This document shows, one piece after another, positions 1 to 14,896 of a stretch of DNA of 64,000 bases. The translations under genes were made by a program, and so were the position numbers. Numbering within the stretch: position 1 is the stretch's first letter; each line of letters opens with the position of its first letter. This DNA is from Octopus vulgaris (taxonomy: Eukaryota), in assembly GCA_951406725.2 (NCBI GenBank), contig OX597824.1, forward strand, positions 83,948,001 through 84,012,000, written 5' to 3'. The notes beneath the pieces were generated by a model that was not told where the DNA came from, made no database searches, and saw only the letters and a list, made by a program, of their open reading frames with translations.

Positions 1-736
1 GCAACTCGACCCTGGGACTTATTCTTTGTAAGCCCAGTACTTATTCTATCGGTCTCTTTTGCCGAACCGCTAAGTAACGGGGACATAAACACACCAGCAT
101 CAGTTGTCAAGCAATGCTAGGAGGACAAACACACACACGCATATATATATATACATATATACGACGGGCTTCTTTCAGTTTCCGTCTACCAAATCCACTC
201 ACAAGGCTTTGGTCGGCCCGAGGCTATAGTAGAAGACACTTGCCCAAGGTGCCACGCAGTAGGACTGAACCCGGAACCATGTGGTTGGTAAACAAGCTAC
301 CTACCACACAGCCACTCCTGCGTGGTTACCTATTCTCAGTGTGAGACAATCACTGGCTCATATATATCTGTGTGCATGTATATATATGTATATATATATT
401 CTCTTTTATTGTTTCAGCCATTTGACTGTGGCCATGCTGGAACCTAGTACTTATTCTATCGGTCTCTTTTGCCAAACTGCTAAGTTACGGGGACATATAC
501 ACACCACCATCGGTTGTCAAGTGATGTTGGGGGACAAACATATGCGCACACATACATATATATATATATATACATATATACGACGGGCTTTTTTCAGTTT
601 CCATCTACCCACTCATAAGGCTTTGGTCGGCCCGAGGCTATAGTAGAAGACACTTGCCCAAGGTGCCATGCAGTGGGACTGAAGTTGAAACCATGCAGTT
701 CGTAAGCAAGCTACTTACCACACAGCCACTCTTACG

Positions 737-738
<2 letters not shown>
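1..738 (-). mobile_element. Two copies of tRNA-head SINE family A (1-322, 401-738)
   Basis: Reverse complements of the 4958-5343 copy; internal (TA)/(CA) tract; more than 10 copies in the window. Confidence 0.85.
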
Positions 739-775
<37 letters not shown>

Positions 776-1241
776 CTGTTGTTATATCATACAAATCTGG
801 CAGAGATCTTCCCCATCACCACCACCCTCCATCTAATGTTTGCGTGGTCTCGACATGAGAGCCTGAGTAATGAGATATAAACTGGCCTGAACATCTAATA
901 AGCTTATCTATCATCTACAATATATTTACAAAGCCTTTGAGTACTATTTACTTTGTATTATATTGTAAATAGAAATACTTGAAAATATAACGTTATGTGT
1001 GTACGTGAGTCTGTGTGTGTGAGTGCATGCATTCTTTTATTTGCTTCAGCCATTTGACTGCGACCATGCTGGGGCACCACCTTTAGTCAAACAAATCAAC
1101 CTCAGGACTTATTCTTTGTAAGCCTAGTACTTATTCTATCGGCCTCTTTAGCAGAAATGCTAAGCTATACGCCATAGAAACCGGGAAATCAGACCCATGA
1201 GCCTGGCTAGGCTTTAAAAGGGCGCATTTATTATTTTATTT

Positions 1242-1275
<34 letters not shown>

Positions 1276-1286
1276 TATACATATAC

Positions 1287-1324
<38 letters not shown>

Positions 1325-1522
1325 TAAATATTAGGGAATAAATCCAAATTTACTGGGAAAAAATCAGATTTAGGATTAAATCCAATTTTATAGTAAAATA
1401 TTATAAAATATTATTAGAGACAAAACCACTATTTTGCAAAACAAACAAGGAAAGACTTAATCAATACATAAAATAAGTCTTTCCTTGTTTGTTTTGCAAA
1501 ATAGTGGTTTTAATCTCTAATA

Positions 1523-1561
<39 letters not shown>

Positions 1562-2399
1562 GCATACACATGCACACATTCATATAAAGGTGTGTGTGTC
1601 TGTGCGTGTATGTGTATATGTATCTATGTATATATAGCTGTATGGTTAAGAAGTTTGCTTTTCAGCCACATGGTTTCTGTTTCAATCCTGGTCCAGAGCA
1701 CCCTGAGCAAATGTCATCTTCTACAGTCTCGAGCTGGTATTCAATCATCAAAACCAGGAAACCCACTGAGCTACACGCTAGTTTGTGGCAGGGTGGGGAG
1801 TGTAAACATAACATCGCCATCATCCAGACAGTATCAATGCAAAGACACTCATGAGTAAACACTCATGCACACACACACACACACACCTCTGTATATACTG
1901 TTCTTGAGATGTTGAACCTTACACAAGATGACAAAAGAATGTATCAAATGGTGAAACAGTGTGCTGAAAAGGACTCATACAGGCATGGAAAAGTAGATGT
2001 AAAGAATAAAATGGTTGAGGTGGTGGTAGTGGTGGTGGAGGTGGCGGTGGCGGTGGCAGCAGCAGCAGTGAAGATGATGATGATGATGCTAATGATCTTT
2101 TTAGAAGCTTCCCTTTGTCAATTTCATTCACTAGCAAATTATCAGCCCTAGGCTACAGTGGAAGGTCATTGCCCTAGGTGCTATGTATTAATACTTCAAA
2201 CATTATAAACCTGAAGATTGTAGAAAGCACGAAAGTACTTGTCTTATGATATGTAATGTTGTAAAATATATATATATATATATGTGTGTGAGTGTTTGTT
2301 TGTGTGACTCCCAAAGTGTTTTTAGTTTCAAAATATAAAACATATGTCTATAGTTTTAGATGATGTATTGTAACAATATATTTTTTTTTTTCCCTGTAG

Positions 2400-2544
2400 G
2401 GAAAATTTTGAGGGAGATGTACGAAGCTGGTGCAAATTCTACAACAGTAAGGAACCTCATTTGGAAGACCTTCCAGGCCAATGGCAAACCAAACTGGCTC
2501 AGTTCCAAAGAATGATGGTCTTGCGCTGTATAAGACCTGATAAA
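2400..2544 (+). CDS. DNAH12: Axonemal dynein heavy chain (DNAH12-like) internal exon A
   Basis: Acceptor ttttttccctgtAG (2398-99), donor AAA|GTAAGA at 2545. After 1 nt it reads ENFEGDVRSWCKFYNSKEPHLEDLPGQWQTKLAQFQRMMVLRCIRPDK, ending in the dynein 'LRCxRPDK' motif before AAA6. DNAH12 vs DNAH7/DNAH3 assignment is from recalled diagnostic residues, not a search. Confidence 0.9.
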
Positions 2545-2602
2545 GTAAGAATATTTTATATTTTCATGTGTTTATGCTTGTGTGTGCATATATATATGTG
2601 TG

Positions 2603-2647
<45 letters not shown>

Positions 2648-2708
2648 CCTGATAAAGTAAGAATATTTTATATTTTCATGTGTTTATGCTTGTGTGTGCA
2701 TATATATA

Positions 2709-3423
<715 letters not shown>

Positions 3424-3584
3424 AGTAGTTCAATAAATATTCATAAGTCAGAAAAAACAAAGGGCATACTATCAAAACTGTTCAATAATATAAATTGACT
3501 GTTATGAGACTATCAACATCATCATCATCATCATTTGATGTCCACCGTCCATGCTGGCATGGGAGTATATACACACACACACAT

Positions 3585-3633
<49 letters not shown>

Positions 3634-4360
3634 CACACATGCATATATATACACACATGCATATGTATATATACACACACATATTTATATGATATTTACA
3701 TAGAGTTTTCACAGTACCAATTTGAATTATCTTGGGTATACTTTTGCATCAGTGTGTGTGTGTGTGTGTGTGTATGCGCATGTGTGTGTGTTTGTGTGTG
3801 TGTGTGTTGTACTTATTCCACCCAGAAAATATTTGTGTTTTTATTAGTCAACTTCAAACAATCATCTCCATTGTTGGCCCAACTATAATGGCCAGCGATG
3901 CTATTTTCGATATTTATGAAGCCTTTGTTTTGTTTGTTATTGGCATGATGTGCATTTGAAGGGGAGGTGGTGTCTAGGAGGAGGTGCACCAGGGCTGGGG
4001 ACAGGGTAGACTTTACTTTAAAAGGATGATGAAGCTTACATTTACCACGACGACGACAACGTCAACAACAACAACAACAAAAAAGGTGGCCGTAATAACA
4101 GTAACATCAACAACAACAAGAGCTGCAACAATATATATGGGTAACAACAACAGCAACAACAACAACATCAAAAGGTTGAATAATATCTGTAAGGACGAGA
4201 ACATGTCTACGAAGACATTGGAAATCTTTCTCTCTACTTCTGTAAATGTTTAATGAAAAAAAAACATTGCCTGATAGATTACTTTATATATACATACATA
4301 CATACATACATACATACACATATACATACACACTACTTACACAGCTATATATGTGTGTCC

Positions 4361-4400
<40 letters not shown>

Positions 4401-4523
4401 TGAGAGAGATATATATTTGTGTGTTTCAATACAGGCAGACAGACAGACTGATTGATTGAGCAATTGATTTGTGTATATGTTTACATATATATATAATCCT
4501 TAAAATCTTTAAAAATGTTATGT

Positions 4524-4570
<47 letters not shown>

Positions 4571-4571
4571 T

Positions 4572-4737
<166 letters not shown>

Positions 4738-4957
4738 TACATATATATGTGTGTGTGTGTGTGTGTATGTATATGTGAGTACAATAACATCAACATTAAG
4801 AAGCGGTCAGTGAGGAAGAAGATGGAAAACAGGGTTGCCTGATGACTAGGAGAGAAGAAGGAAGGAGAAGGTGTCTCTTGGTCTGTACTTATAAAGTTTG
4901 TAGACTATAGCTACATATATACATACATACATACAAACACACACACACACATATATA

Positions 4958-5343
4958 GGCGCAGGAGTGGCTGTGTGGTAAGTAGCTTGCTAACCAACCA
5001 CATGGTTCCAGGTTCAGTCCTACTGCGTGGCATCTTGGGCAAGTGTCTTCTGCTATAGCCCCGGGCCGACCAATGCCTTGTGAGTGGATTTGGTAGACGG
5101 AAACTGAAAGAAGCCTGTCGTATATATGTATATATATATATGTGTGTCTGTGTTTATCCCCCTAGCATTGCTTGACAACCGATGCTGGTGTATTTACCTC
5201 CCCGTCACTTAGCGGTTCGGCAAAAGAGACCGATAGAATAAGTACTGGGCTTACAAAGAATAAGTCCCGGGGTCGATTTGCTCGACTAAAAGGCGGTGCT
5301 CCAGCATGGCCGCAGTCAAATGACTGAAACAAGTAAAAGAGTA
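4958..5343 (+). mobile_element. SINE family A, full-length reference copy
   Basis: GGCGCAGGAGTGGCTGTGTGGTAAG head with A-box-like TGGCTGTGTGG and B-box-like GGTTCAGTCC; ends GACTGAAACAAGTAAAAGAGTA. Other copies at about 17347-17720(+), 18484-18864(-), 18898-19245(-), 36890-37270(-), 42806-43197(-), 62510-62912(-). Confidence 0.85.
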
Positions 5344-5704
5344 TAGACTGTATAGATGTTCACATGCATTTTATTTTTTCGCCGTTCTCTTTTCCTATCT
5401 CTTTTTCTCCATTCTGTCTCATATTCTCTAAACTTTTTTCTGTATATCCAGCAAAAAGTGTAAGCGTGAAACATTATAGTTTTATTCTTAACTTTCACTT
5501 TAAAACAATTTTCTTCAACCACGAAACTAATAATAAACATCAACTGTGAATGTTGATTGGCCTTATCTTGTTTTTGTATTTGAATTCATCTTTTGTTATT
5601 GATTTGGCTGGTATTACTCGAGGATATTTACTTCATAATAAAGAGTACAAGTCTGTGTATGCATCTGTGTACGTATATGTGTATATGTATGTGTCTATCA
5701 ATTT

Positions 5705-6320
5705 ATGAATGACAAAGAGAGAAGAACAACATCTGCTTACAGTGCAAGAGTCATGGAAGGGTTGATGCTGGGAATCTTGCTAAGAGATAACATCCAGAAC
5801 GAGGAGATCAGGGATAGAACTGGAGTGAGGGACGTAGTCCCAGAATACCTATTTCTTTACTACCCAGAAGGGGCTAAACACAGAGAGGACAACCAGATTA
5901 AGTCGATTATATCGACCCCAGTGCGTAACTGGCACTTATTTAATCGACCCCGAAAGGATGAAAGGCAAAGTCGACCTCGGTGGAATTTGAACTCAGAACG
6001 TAGCGGCAGACGAAATACCGCTAAGCATCTCGCCCGGTGTGCTAACGTTTCTGCCAGCTCGCCGCCTTCCATCATGCAAAGGTGCGATGGGACGGTCATG
6101 TCGTAAGGTTCACAGACGATCAGTGGATTCATGCAGTTGTCGAGTGGTACTTACATGAGTGGAAGCGACCACTCAGAAGGCCTCCAATCAGGTGGGAAGA
6201 CAATTTAAGAAAGATTTTTGGAACAAAGTGGTAGAGAATGGCAAGAGAATGAAGGGAATGGAGCAAATGCTGTGGGAAGCAGAGCCAACTCATCACCAGA
6301 CAGCCTGGCTGATCCACATA
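5705..6320 (+). mobile_element. Decayed RTE-clade LINE 3' coding remnant interrupted by a family B SINE (5844-6068, minus)
   Basis: MEGLMLGILLRDNIQNEEIRDRTGVRDV before the insertion and GHVVR/W-P-RRP-like residues after it, typical of the RTE ORF C-terminus. Confidence 0.7.
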
Positions 6321-9300
6321 ATATATATAGATGAATGTGTGTGTGTGTGTGTTTATTTGTTTATGTTTATGTATTTTTCCATGCCGAAATAAGTTAGATG
6401 AATAAATTATGGAGGCACTATTATAAGTCTGGTACTCTTCCTGTTGCGAAACCTTACCTGATTTTCTAGGAAAGGATTTCATATTCCAAATATTTTTGTA
6501 GGTGCAAAGCCAGCAGATGATATGTTGGTTGGGAAAATGATAACTATGTAACTGCACAGCGCTCAGCAGTTTTCAGGGACGTACAAATATGAACAAACTC
6601 AAACACACACATACACACACACAATCACACACATGTATATAAATACACATACATAAAGGACCCGAAACATCTGTTACATGGTAGCAAGGCATGCAAGAAA
6701 TAGAAGTCAAATCTTTACTTTTCTGGGGAAAGGAGCCACTTGCATGTGATATCAATATCACATTCATTGAAAGCATGGAAAATAACATAGAAAAGAAAAA
6801 CAAAACCCATGAAACAAAAACTCCGTTGCTGGGAAACTCAGGTTTCCCTGGTGACCCAACAGGTCACAGGTAGTCTAGTATATATATACAAATATACATA
6901 TATATATATGTTTGTAGAGAGGGAGAGATAAAATATATGATATACAAGCAACTCTGTTTATGACGTCAAGCGTTCATAAATGAGTTACATAAATATAAAT
7001 ACAATTAAGCAGAAAGAAGACAGATTGCCCATGGTAGTCCTTCACTAATATATAGATTACAGAGGTTATATAAGTGAAAATACAGTTGAGAAGAATGAAG
7101 AAAGTCCAAGGTAATCCAATGTATGCTTAATGCACATTATTGCATCAATATACCACCAAATCTCTGAAACAGTTGTAAAGGATTACTTAAGATTTTCTTC
7201 TTTCTTCTCAAATGTATTTTTGCATACATGACCTCTGGATATCTATATATTTGTAAAGGACTACCTTTCTTCTTTTATATTAAATTATATCCATATCAAC
7301 CAGCTAGTAATAATAATAACCTTTTCTACCATAGACACAAAGCCTGAAATATGGAGAGAGAAGAAGCTAGTTGATTACATTAACCCCACTGCTTGACTGG
7401 TAATCCTTCTATCAATCCCGAAGGGATGAAAGGCAAAGTCAACCTTGGTAAAATTTGAACTCAGAACATTAAAACAGACAAAATGCTGCTAAGCATTTTG
7501 CCCCATCTGCTAACACTTCTGCCTGCTCACCACCTTAATAATTCTTTCTGCTATTGTCACAAGGCCTGAAATTTGGGGAAAAGAGATAGTTGATTACATT
7601 GACCCCAGCCTTCAAGTGGTATTCAAATTATCAACCTTGAAAGGATGAAAGGCAAAGTCAACCTCAGTGAAACTTGAACTTGCTGGCAGAATCGTTAACC
7701 CGCTGCTTAGTATTTTCCCAGCACGCTACCAATTCTGCCAGCTCACCGCCTTAATAATAATACCAGTTTGTAGTGATAAGAGTTCAACAGAGTACAGTGC
7801 AAGTACTAACTTACTAATGGAGTGACAAATAGATTTAAAATCATTTATAAATGCATTGATACCATAAACAACTGCTTGTCCAGATTTTATTTTATTTATA
7901 TTTTCATTAGCTTGACTGATACATTTCCTACAGCAAACTTTTGTTCTGGTGGATTATGTCTCCCATAAGTTCTCTTTCACTTTCCAAGGGAGACACAATT
8001 TCACAGCCTTAGTTAGGCATGTATGATCATTAAAGATGGTGCCACAGAATACAGCAAGTGGAAAATAACAGCAGAAAATAAGTTATGTTTAGCCAAGAAA
8101 AGAATCATGTTAAAAAATTCTCAGGATCCAAGCATCCATCTTAATTGCAAAAACAAAATTTTCAACCCATGCCCCCATGTGAAAAGATATATAATATCTT
8201 ACCTAGGGGCCGTTTTGCCAGCCTGTGCTGGCTCCTGTGCTGGTGGCACGTAAAAAAACACCCACTACACTCACGGAGTGGTTGGTGTAGAAACTCTGCC
8301 AGATCAGACTGGAGCCTGGTGCAGCCTCCATGGCTTACCAGACCCTGGTTGAACCGTCCAACCCATGCTAGTATGGAAAACAGACATTAAATGATGATGA
8401 TGATGATGATGATATATATATATACATACATACATGCATAAGGATAATCATATTAAAAGGGATACGTAGGAAAACTCATTTATATAAAAGGGTTGGGAAC
8501 CACTGTTCTATATTATTGTTCTTCCTTATCATGATAAAGAGCCAATGCCCAAAATATTGATGTATTTTTCTCTTGCTCACAGGAAAATAGATTGAGTTTT
8601 CATTTATTTTTAAGATTTATTTTTAGTCATTGGATTTCTTGTTGACAACACAATGGATGGCCTACAGAGAGAACTTGATAGGAAATGTTTTTTGAATTTG
8701 ATACAAACTAGAAGTTAGCTGAGATGACTAAACTAATGTGTATCTTTTCAATAAGTTAGTGATATGATTAAATATTTAATAAAGATTTTGTGCACAAATA
8801 ATGTGTATTGAAAAATGTTATATAAAATGTAATGTAGTTAGCTAATACTTTACTGTATCAGCCAACTTCTAACGTGTGTCTGATTTAAATGGTAATAATA
8901 GCAATAGCTTTGTACGCAGAAAGATGAGGAGTGTTTATCCTCTGATGAATGACCGACCAGCCATGAACCATGTCAGGATCATCTTTTTAGTTTTCTGTGT
9001 ACAAGGGGAAAAGCAAAATGCAAACTGGATTTACATTTGTTTATTTTCCACAGTGTAAGCATTATAAACTGTAAGCTTGCTGCATTAAATTTCTCTCTCT
9101 CTCTCTCCCTCTCTCTCTCACTCTCACTCTCACTCTCTTTCTCATATATATGTGTGTGTGTGTATATATTTGTGTGTCTGTCTTTGCCCATCCCCCCCAC
9201 CATCGCTTGACAACCAATGTTTGTGTGTTTAGGTCCCCGTAACTTAGTGGTTCAGCCAAAGAGTCCAATAGAATAAAAAATAGGCTTACAAAGAGTAAGT

Positions 9301-9582
9301 CTTGGGGGCGATTTGTTCAGCTAAAGGCAGTGCTCCAGCATGGCTGCAGTCAAATGACTGAAACAATTAATCCAAACAAGAAAGCACAAAAAAAACACAA
9401 CAACACGAGGACATGGAACAAATATAGTATTATTGGACACTCAGGAAAGAAGGAGGATTTAACGTTTCGAGCGGAGCTCTTCGTCGGAAACATAGGAGAA
9501 GGGAAGACAGAGGAAAAAAATTCGCCAATGGTACACACAAGGTCACATATATACATATATATATTTATACATATATATACAC

Positions 9583-9617
<35 letters not shown>

Positions 9618-9648
9618 CATACATACATACATATATATACATACACAC

Positions 9649-9710
<62 letters not shown>

Positions 9711-9751
9711 TATATACATATATATATACACATATATATATACACGTATAT

Positions 9752-9807
<56 letters not shown>

Positions 9808-9982
9808 TTGCATATATCATTGTACAGCTTGTATATATGTTTTCTGCATCATGTTATTTTATTCTCACTACAGAATTTTGCCAGGTTATTAAAGGTAGAC
9901 AGGAATAAATTTCCCTCATCAGAGTTGCTATATATGATATGCATTTATAGATAGCTAAATACACTCATATTTTATGCGTGTG

Positions 9983-10018
<36 letters not shown>

Positions 10019-10479
10019 TGTGTATCATATATAGATACCTTGGTGAGAGAGGTTTATTTCTGTCTACCTTTAATAACATGGTAAGATATTGCTAAGATAA
10101 CGAGATAACTGTCTGATAAGCTAAATGAACTGTATCTTAGCTTGGAGTGATCCACAGTAGTTGAATTGTCTGATATATCCCCGTGGAACACATCTATATT
10201 TAACCTACATAACGTACATACATACATAGTTTCACACACATGTGTGTATGTATGTAGGTATCTCTCTTTTTATATGCATGTATATATATATATATATATA
10301 TGGATTGCTGGTTGAGTACTCACCTTGATTTCTTCAATACCTATTTTCTCTCAATCTCTCTTCTCTCTTTCCCTATATATGTGTGTGTGTGTACGTGTGT
10401 ATGTATGTATGTGTATATACATACATATATGTATGTGTATACATATATATGTGTTATATATATATATATATGTGTGTGT

Positions 10480-10558
<79 letters not shown>

Positions 10559-10563
10559 GATAT

Positions 10564-10596
<33 letters not shown>

Positions 10597-11606
10597 TATA
10601 GATATATATATATATAGATGTAGATATAGATATATATATCATAACAACAGTTTTACATTATATGAAAGTGTTGTTGTCATCAAATGCATCCACTTCATCA
10701 GATTTTTCAGAGACAGACCAGAGAGAATTGGAAAGGAATTTAAAACTGCTTCTAGGTATTTAGGTTTGCATTGATCAGTTCAGGTTACATGAATGTTTTT
10801 ACTATCATAGCAAGTTCAATGCACTTATTGGTAGTGGAACAGAAAAGATGTTGGTACCACTTTGTCACCATTCTACAGGAAAATGATGGTGATCAAAATC
10901 AACATTCTAATGTCCACTTTTCTGTGCTTGCATGAGTCAGATGGAGTATATTGAAGCAGATTTTTTTCACAGTCGGATGGTGCTAACAAAACCTAAGAGA
11001 TTGAAATGCATTCATCCATAAGTTCAATGGATGGGTGGCTGGGCTCTGATCTAGCTATAGCATTTTACACTTCTTTTGTCTGATGCGAGAATTTTTTCTC
11101 CTTTACAAACTGCAGTAAAAAACGTTTCATGGGTTCAAATATCTCTCAAATATATTTGAGCTCATTTTAATTTTGTTTACTCCCAGTCACTAATTCAAGA
11201 TTTTATACAACAATATATATATATATATATATATCATCATCATTATCATCATCATCATCATCGTTTAACGTCCGTTTTCCATACTAGCATGGGTTGGATG
11301 GTTCGACCAGGGTCTGGGAAGCCAGGAGGCTGCACCAGGCTCCAGTCTGATCTGTCAGTGTTTCTACAGCTGGATACCCTTCCTAATGCCAACCACTCCG
11401 TGAGTGTAGTGGGTGCTTTTTACGTGCCACTGGCTCAAGTGCTAGGCGGGGCTGGCAACAGCCATGATCAGTTGGTGCACGTGCCACCTGCACAGGTATC
11501 ACAACTACAATTTTCATTTGATTTTTATTTGATGTTGATGTACTTGACTCAATAGGTCTCCTCAAACACAGTGTGTGTGTATATATATATATCAAACATA
11601 TATATA

Positions 11607-12102
11607 CTGGGTGATTGAAAAGTAACTTCCTATTTTAAAATACTTATAAATTATCTATTAATTGTAATTTTTTGTGTTTGTTTTTTGAAGTATGAGAATC
11701 TATTCTTTAATTGTATTGCTCTTGTCATTCCCAAATGACTGATTACCCACTTCCCCCAGGTGATGGAAGGGTCATTGTTGTCCACATGAGTGGCCAGCCA
11801 GAAATCCCAACTTAACACTCTGTGACTTCTTTTCTTGGGGTTGGTTAAAAGACTTTGGAAGAACTTGAAGGGTGAATATGAGAAGTTATGTCTTCTATCC
11901 CCCACAAGAGTTTCTGGTGAAACCAGTTGATGCAATTCCTGGCTGACTCAAGAAGCTGTTGGTGATATCTGGAACCCAAATCAAATTTTAAATAAAACCT
12001 CATACTAAACGCTTTCCTTTCATATCCATTTTTTGTAAAAATTACAAATAATAAATAATTTATAAGTATTTTAAAATAGGGAGTTACTGTTCAATCACCC
12101 TG
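11607..12102. mobile_element. Tc1/mariner-type MITE
   Basis: ~50-bp TIRs C(A/T)GGGTGATTGAAnAGTAACTnCCTATTTTAAAATACTTATAAATTAT, TA on both flanks, no ORF. Confidence 0.85.
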
Positions 12103-13399
12103 TATATATATTTATATATTGTGAGAATTTACAAAAAAAAACAAAAGACAAAGACGGGTGGGTGTATTAGTTTAATGCTTGGGAAGTGAGAAAGTCTTTT
12201 ACATTTCGAGCCTACGCTCTTTGACAGAAAGGAACACAAAAATAAACAGGGAGAGAAAATAGAAAAAGGTTTTGTGGCTAAGTTTGATTCAGCTCTATGT
12301 AGTTTAAAGTTTCAAAGGCTCATCACACATAGTCCCTCAGACTTCAGCGTGTTCTGACTTGTCTCTAGATCATGTCAGTAGGGCAGAGAGTGCCTGAGGT
12401 GCTATGAAAGCCTTGTTGGACAAAAAATTTTAGGTTGCATGATCAACAATGCAGTAACAATCCAATGCACAATCAAGTATGAAGGTGCCACAGTAATCAT
12501 GGAAGTTGTGCACATGAACCTGGTTGAAGCTGACTGCTAATGCAATTACCTCATTGCACCGGCATTGCTGGTATTTTGCAGTGATAGTCTACCTCAGCCA
12601 TGAGTGGACAGCTGTCATCATTATCATCATCATATATATATATATATATAATATATAAATAACTCCATTTATTTATTTATTTATATATAATTTATATATA
12701 TTTATATATTATATTTTATTTATATATTATACAAAAAATTCCACATAAACCTGAAGTTTCTACTTTTAAAAACAAGGAGTTACAACCTCTTTACTTGTGT
12801 GATTTTTTGCTACCCTGGAAACTATTTCTTTATTTTTTCCATGTCAATTCTTAACAAAGGAAAAATACACTCATCTATTCATATATATATACATACATGC
12901 TGATAGTGCAGTCTTACGGAGTTGATCACAAATGATCGAGACCTTTGGCAATTTGTTCCGCTTGAGAAGACACATAAAACCTAGTGGAATCGTAGTCATG
13001 GCCAGTATCGGTGACACATAAAAGACACCCATGCCAGTGACATGTTAATGGCTCCCACTGCACTCTGGGAGTGGTTGGCATTGGGAAAGGCATCCATCCG
13101 TAGAAATCAAGCCAATTCAGAATGGAGCCTGGTAGAGCTCTCCGGCTTACAAGTCCTAGTCAAACCATCTAACCCATGCCAGCATGGTAAACAAATGCTA
13201 TATGATGTTGATGGTGGTGGTGGTGGTGGTGGTGATGTTGATGATGATGATAATGATGATACACTCTGATGGTGTGTTTCTAAATGGTTAGTTTGTCTTG
13301 CATGCTGCAAGTGTTTTAGTTTCAACAAATGATATTAGATTTGTTGCCATATATATATATATATATATAAAATACATGCAAACATATGTATATATGTGT

Positions 13400-13630
13400 G
13401 TTGTGTGTGCATATATATATATACATGTGTATATTTTTGTGCTTATTTTCAAAAAAACCCAATTTTCTTTGGGTCTTTTATTTTTATTCTTGTAAATTCT
13501 GTTTATTTTTATATATGTGTGTGTGCATATATATATATATATGCGTGTATATATTTTTGTGCTTATTTAAAAAAAACCAGTTTTCTTTAGGTCTTTTATT
13601 TTTATTCTTGTAAATTCTGTTTATTTTCAT
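13400..13630. repeat. Tandem duplication of a ~118-bp unit
   Basis: TATATTTTTGTGCTTATTT...GGTCTTTTATTTTTATTCTTGTAAATTCTGTTTATTTT occurs twice in succession. Confidence 0.8.
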
Positions 13631-14860
13631 ATTTGTTTTTATATTTCACTGCCAGTTTCTCTTGTTGTGAATTAGTGGTGATGTGGAAATGTAGTTTTCT
13701 TCCTCATATATAAACAATATTTATTTTTTTCACCATGTACGATATGGGTTGTAAGGGGAGAATGTAGTTTTGTTATTGTTCAATTTTTTTTTCCTTCAGC
13801 ATGGGTGGGCATGGTAAACGTGTTATTTATGACACTGAAGCAATATCTAGCATTAAACTGTACTGTGAGGTAAAAAATGAATTAAATGAGCCAACGAAAT
13901 TTGAATGGATGGGTTGGTGTATTGATGGTCGCAGTTCTAAGTTATCGCACGATTTGTTTAGTGTAGGAGATAAACTTCCATATTAACCCTGTTACTGTCA
14001 GTCGAAATGCAGATCACAAATGCAATGAGAAAGTGAGAAATAAAAAGGAGAAATAGAAAGGAGAAACAGAGAGAGGGTTTCTGTGAATCCACCCCTGTCA
14101 CTTAGTTGCCTACCAGTGGCACAGTTAGTGTGTGTGCCACTTGGGGCACCCCTTGAGTTTTCCAGTACCCTCCTTCCACACTGCCCCCTATGCAAACTTA
14201 TTAACTGGACCCAAAAGTGATGCCCCTCCCCATAAAAGCATTACCCAGGAAGGACCATTGCCATCACCCCACCTAGCTATACTACTGCTGCCTACCCCCC
14301 CCCCCACCACCATCCAACAACAGGCATCATCACTATAGACCTATTCTGTTGCTTGGTTTAACAATACCACCACCACCATCACCACCTGGCTTTTAGGTGT
14401 CATTAGCAGAGTCCATTCTGTTGCAAGCATTCAAGGCAGGTCTCCAGTTTGGAGAAACAGTTCCTTCTTTCTTTGGAAAGAGAGAGAACTGGGCACAGCT
14501 GTTTGGTCTCTGACGATATGGCATGGCTGTCTATGCATTCAGCTTGTTTTGGCAACAATAATTTTTGGTACAGGAGGAAGACACACACAGGTGCATACAG
14601 AAATATACACTAGTGCCCCCGGACTGGGTCCCAAGCCGGTGACACGTAAAAAGCAGCATCCAAACACGGTCAATGCCACCTGACTGGCTCCAGTGCCAGT
14701 GACATGTAAAAAGCACCCACTACACTCTTGGAGTGGTTGACATTAGGAAGGCATCCAGCTGTGGAGCCTGATGCAGCCTACTGTCTTGCCAGTCCTCTGT
14801 CAAACCGTCCAACTCATGCCAGTTTGGAAAGCAGACATTAACCGATGATGATGATGAGAT

Positions 14861-14896
<36 letters not shown>

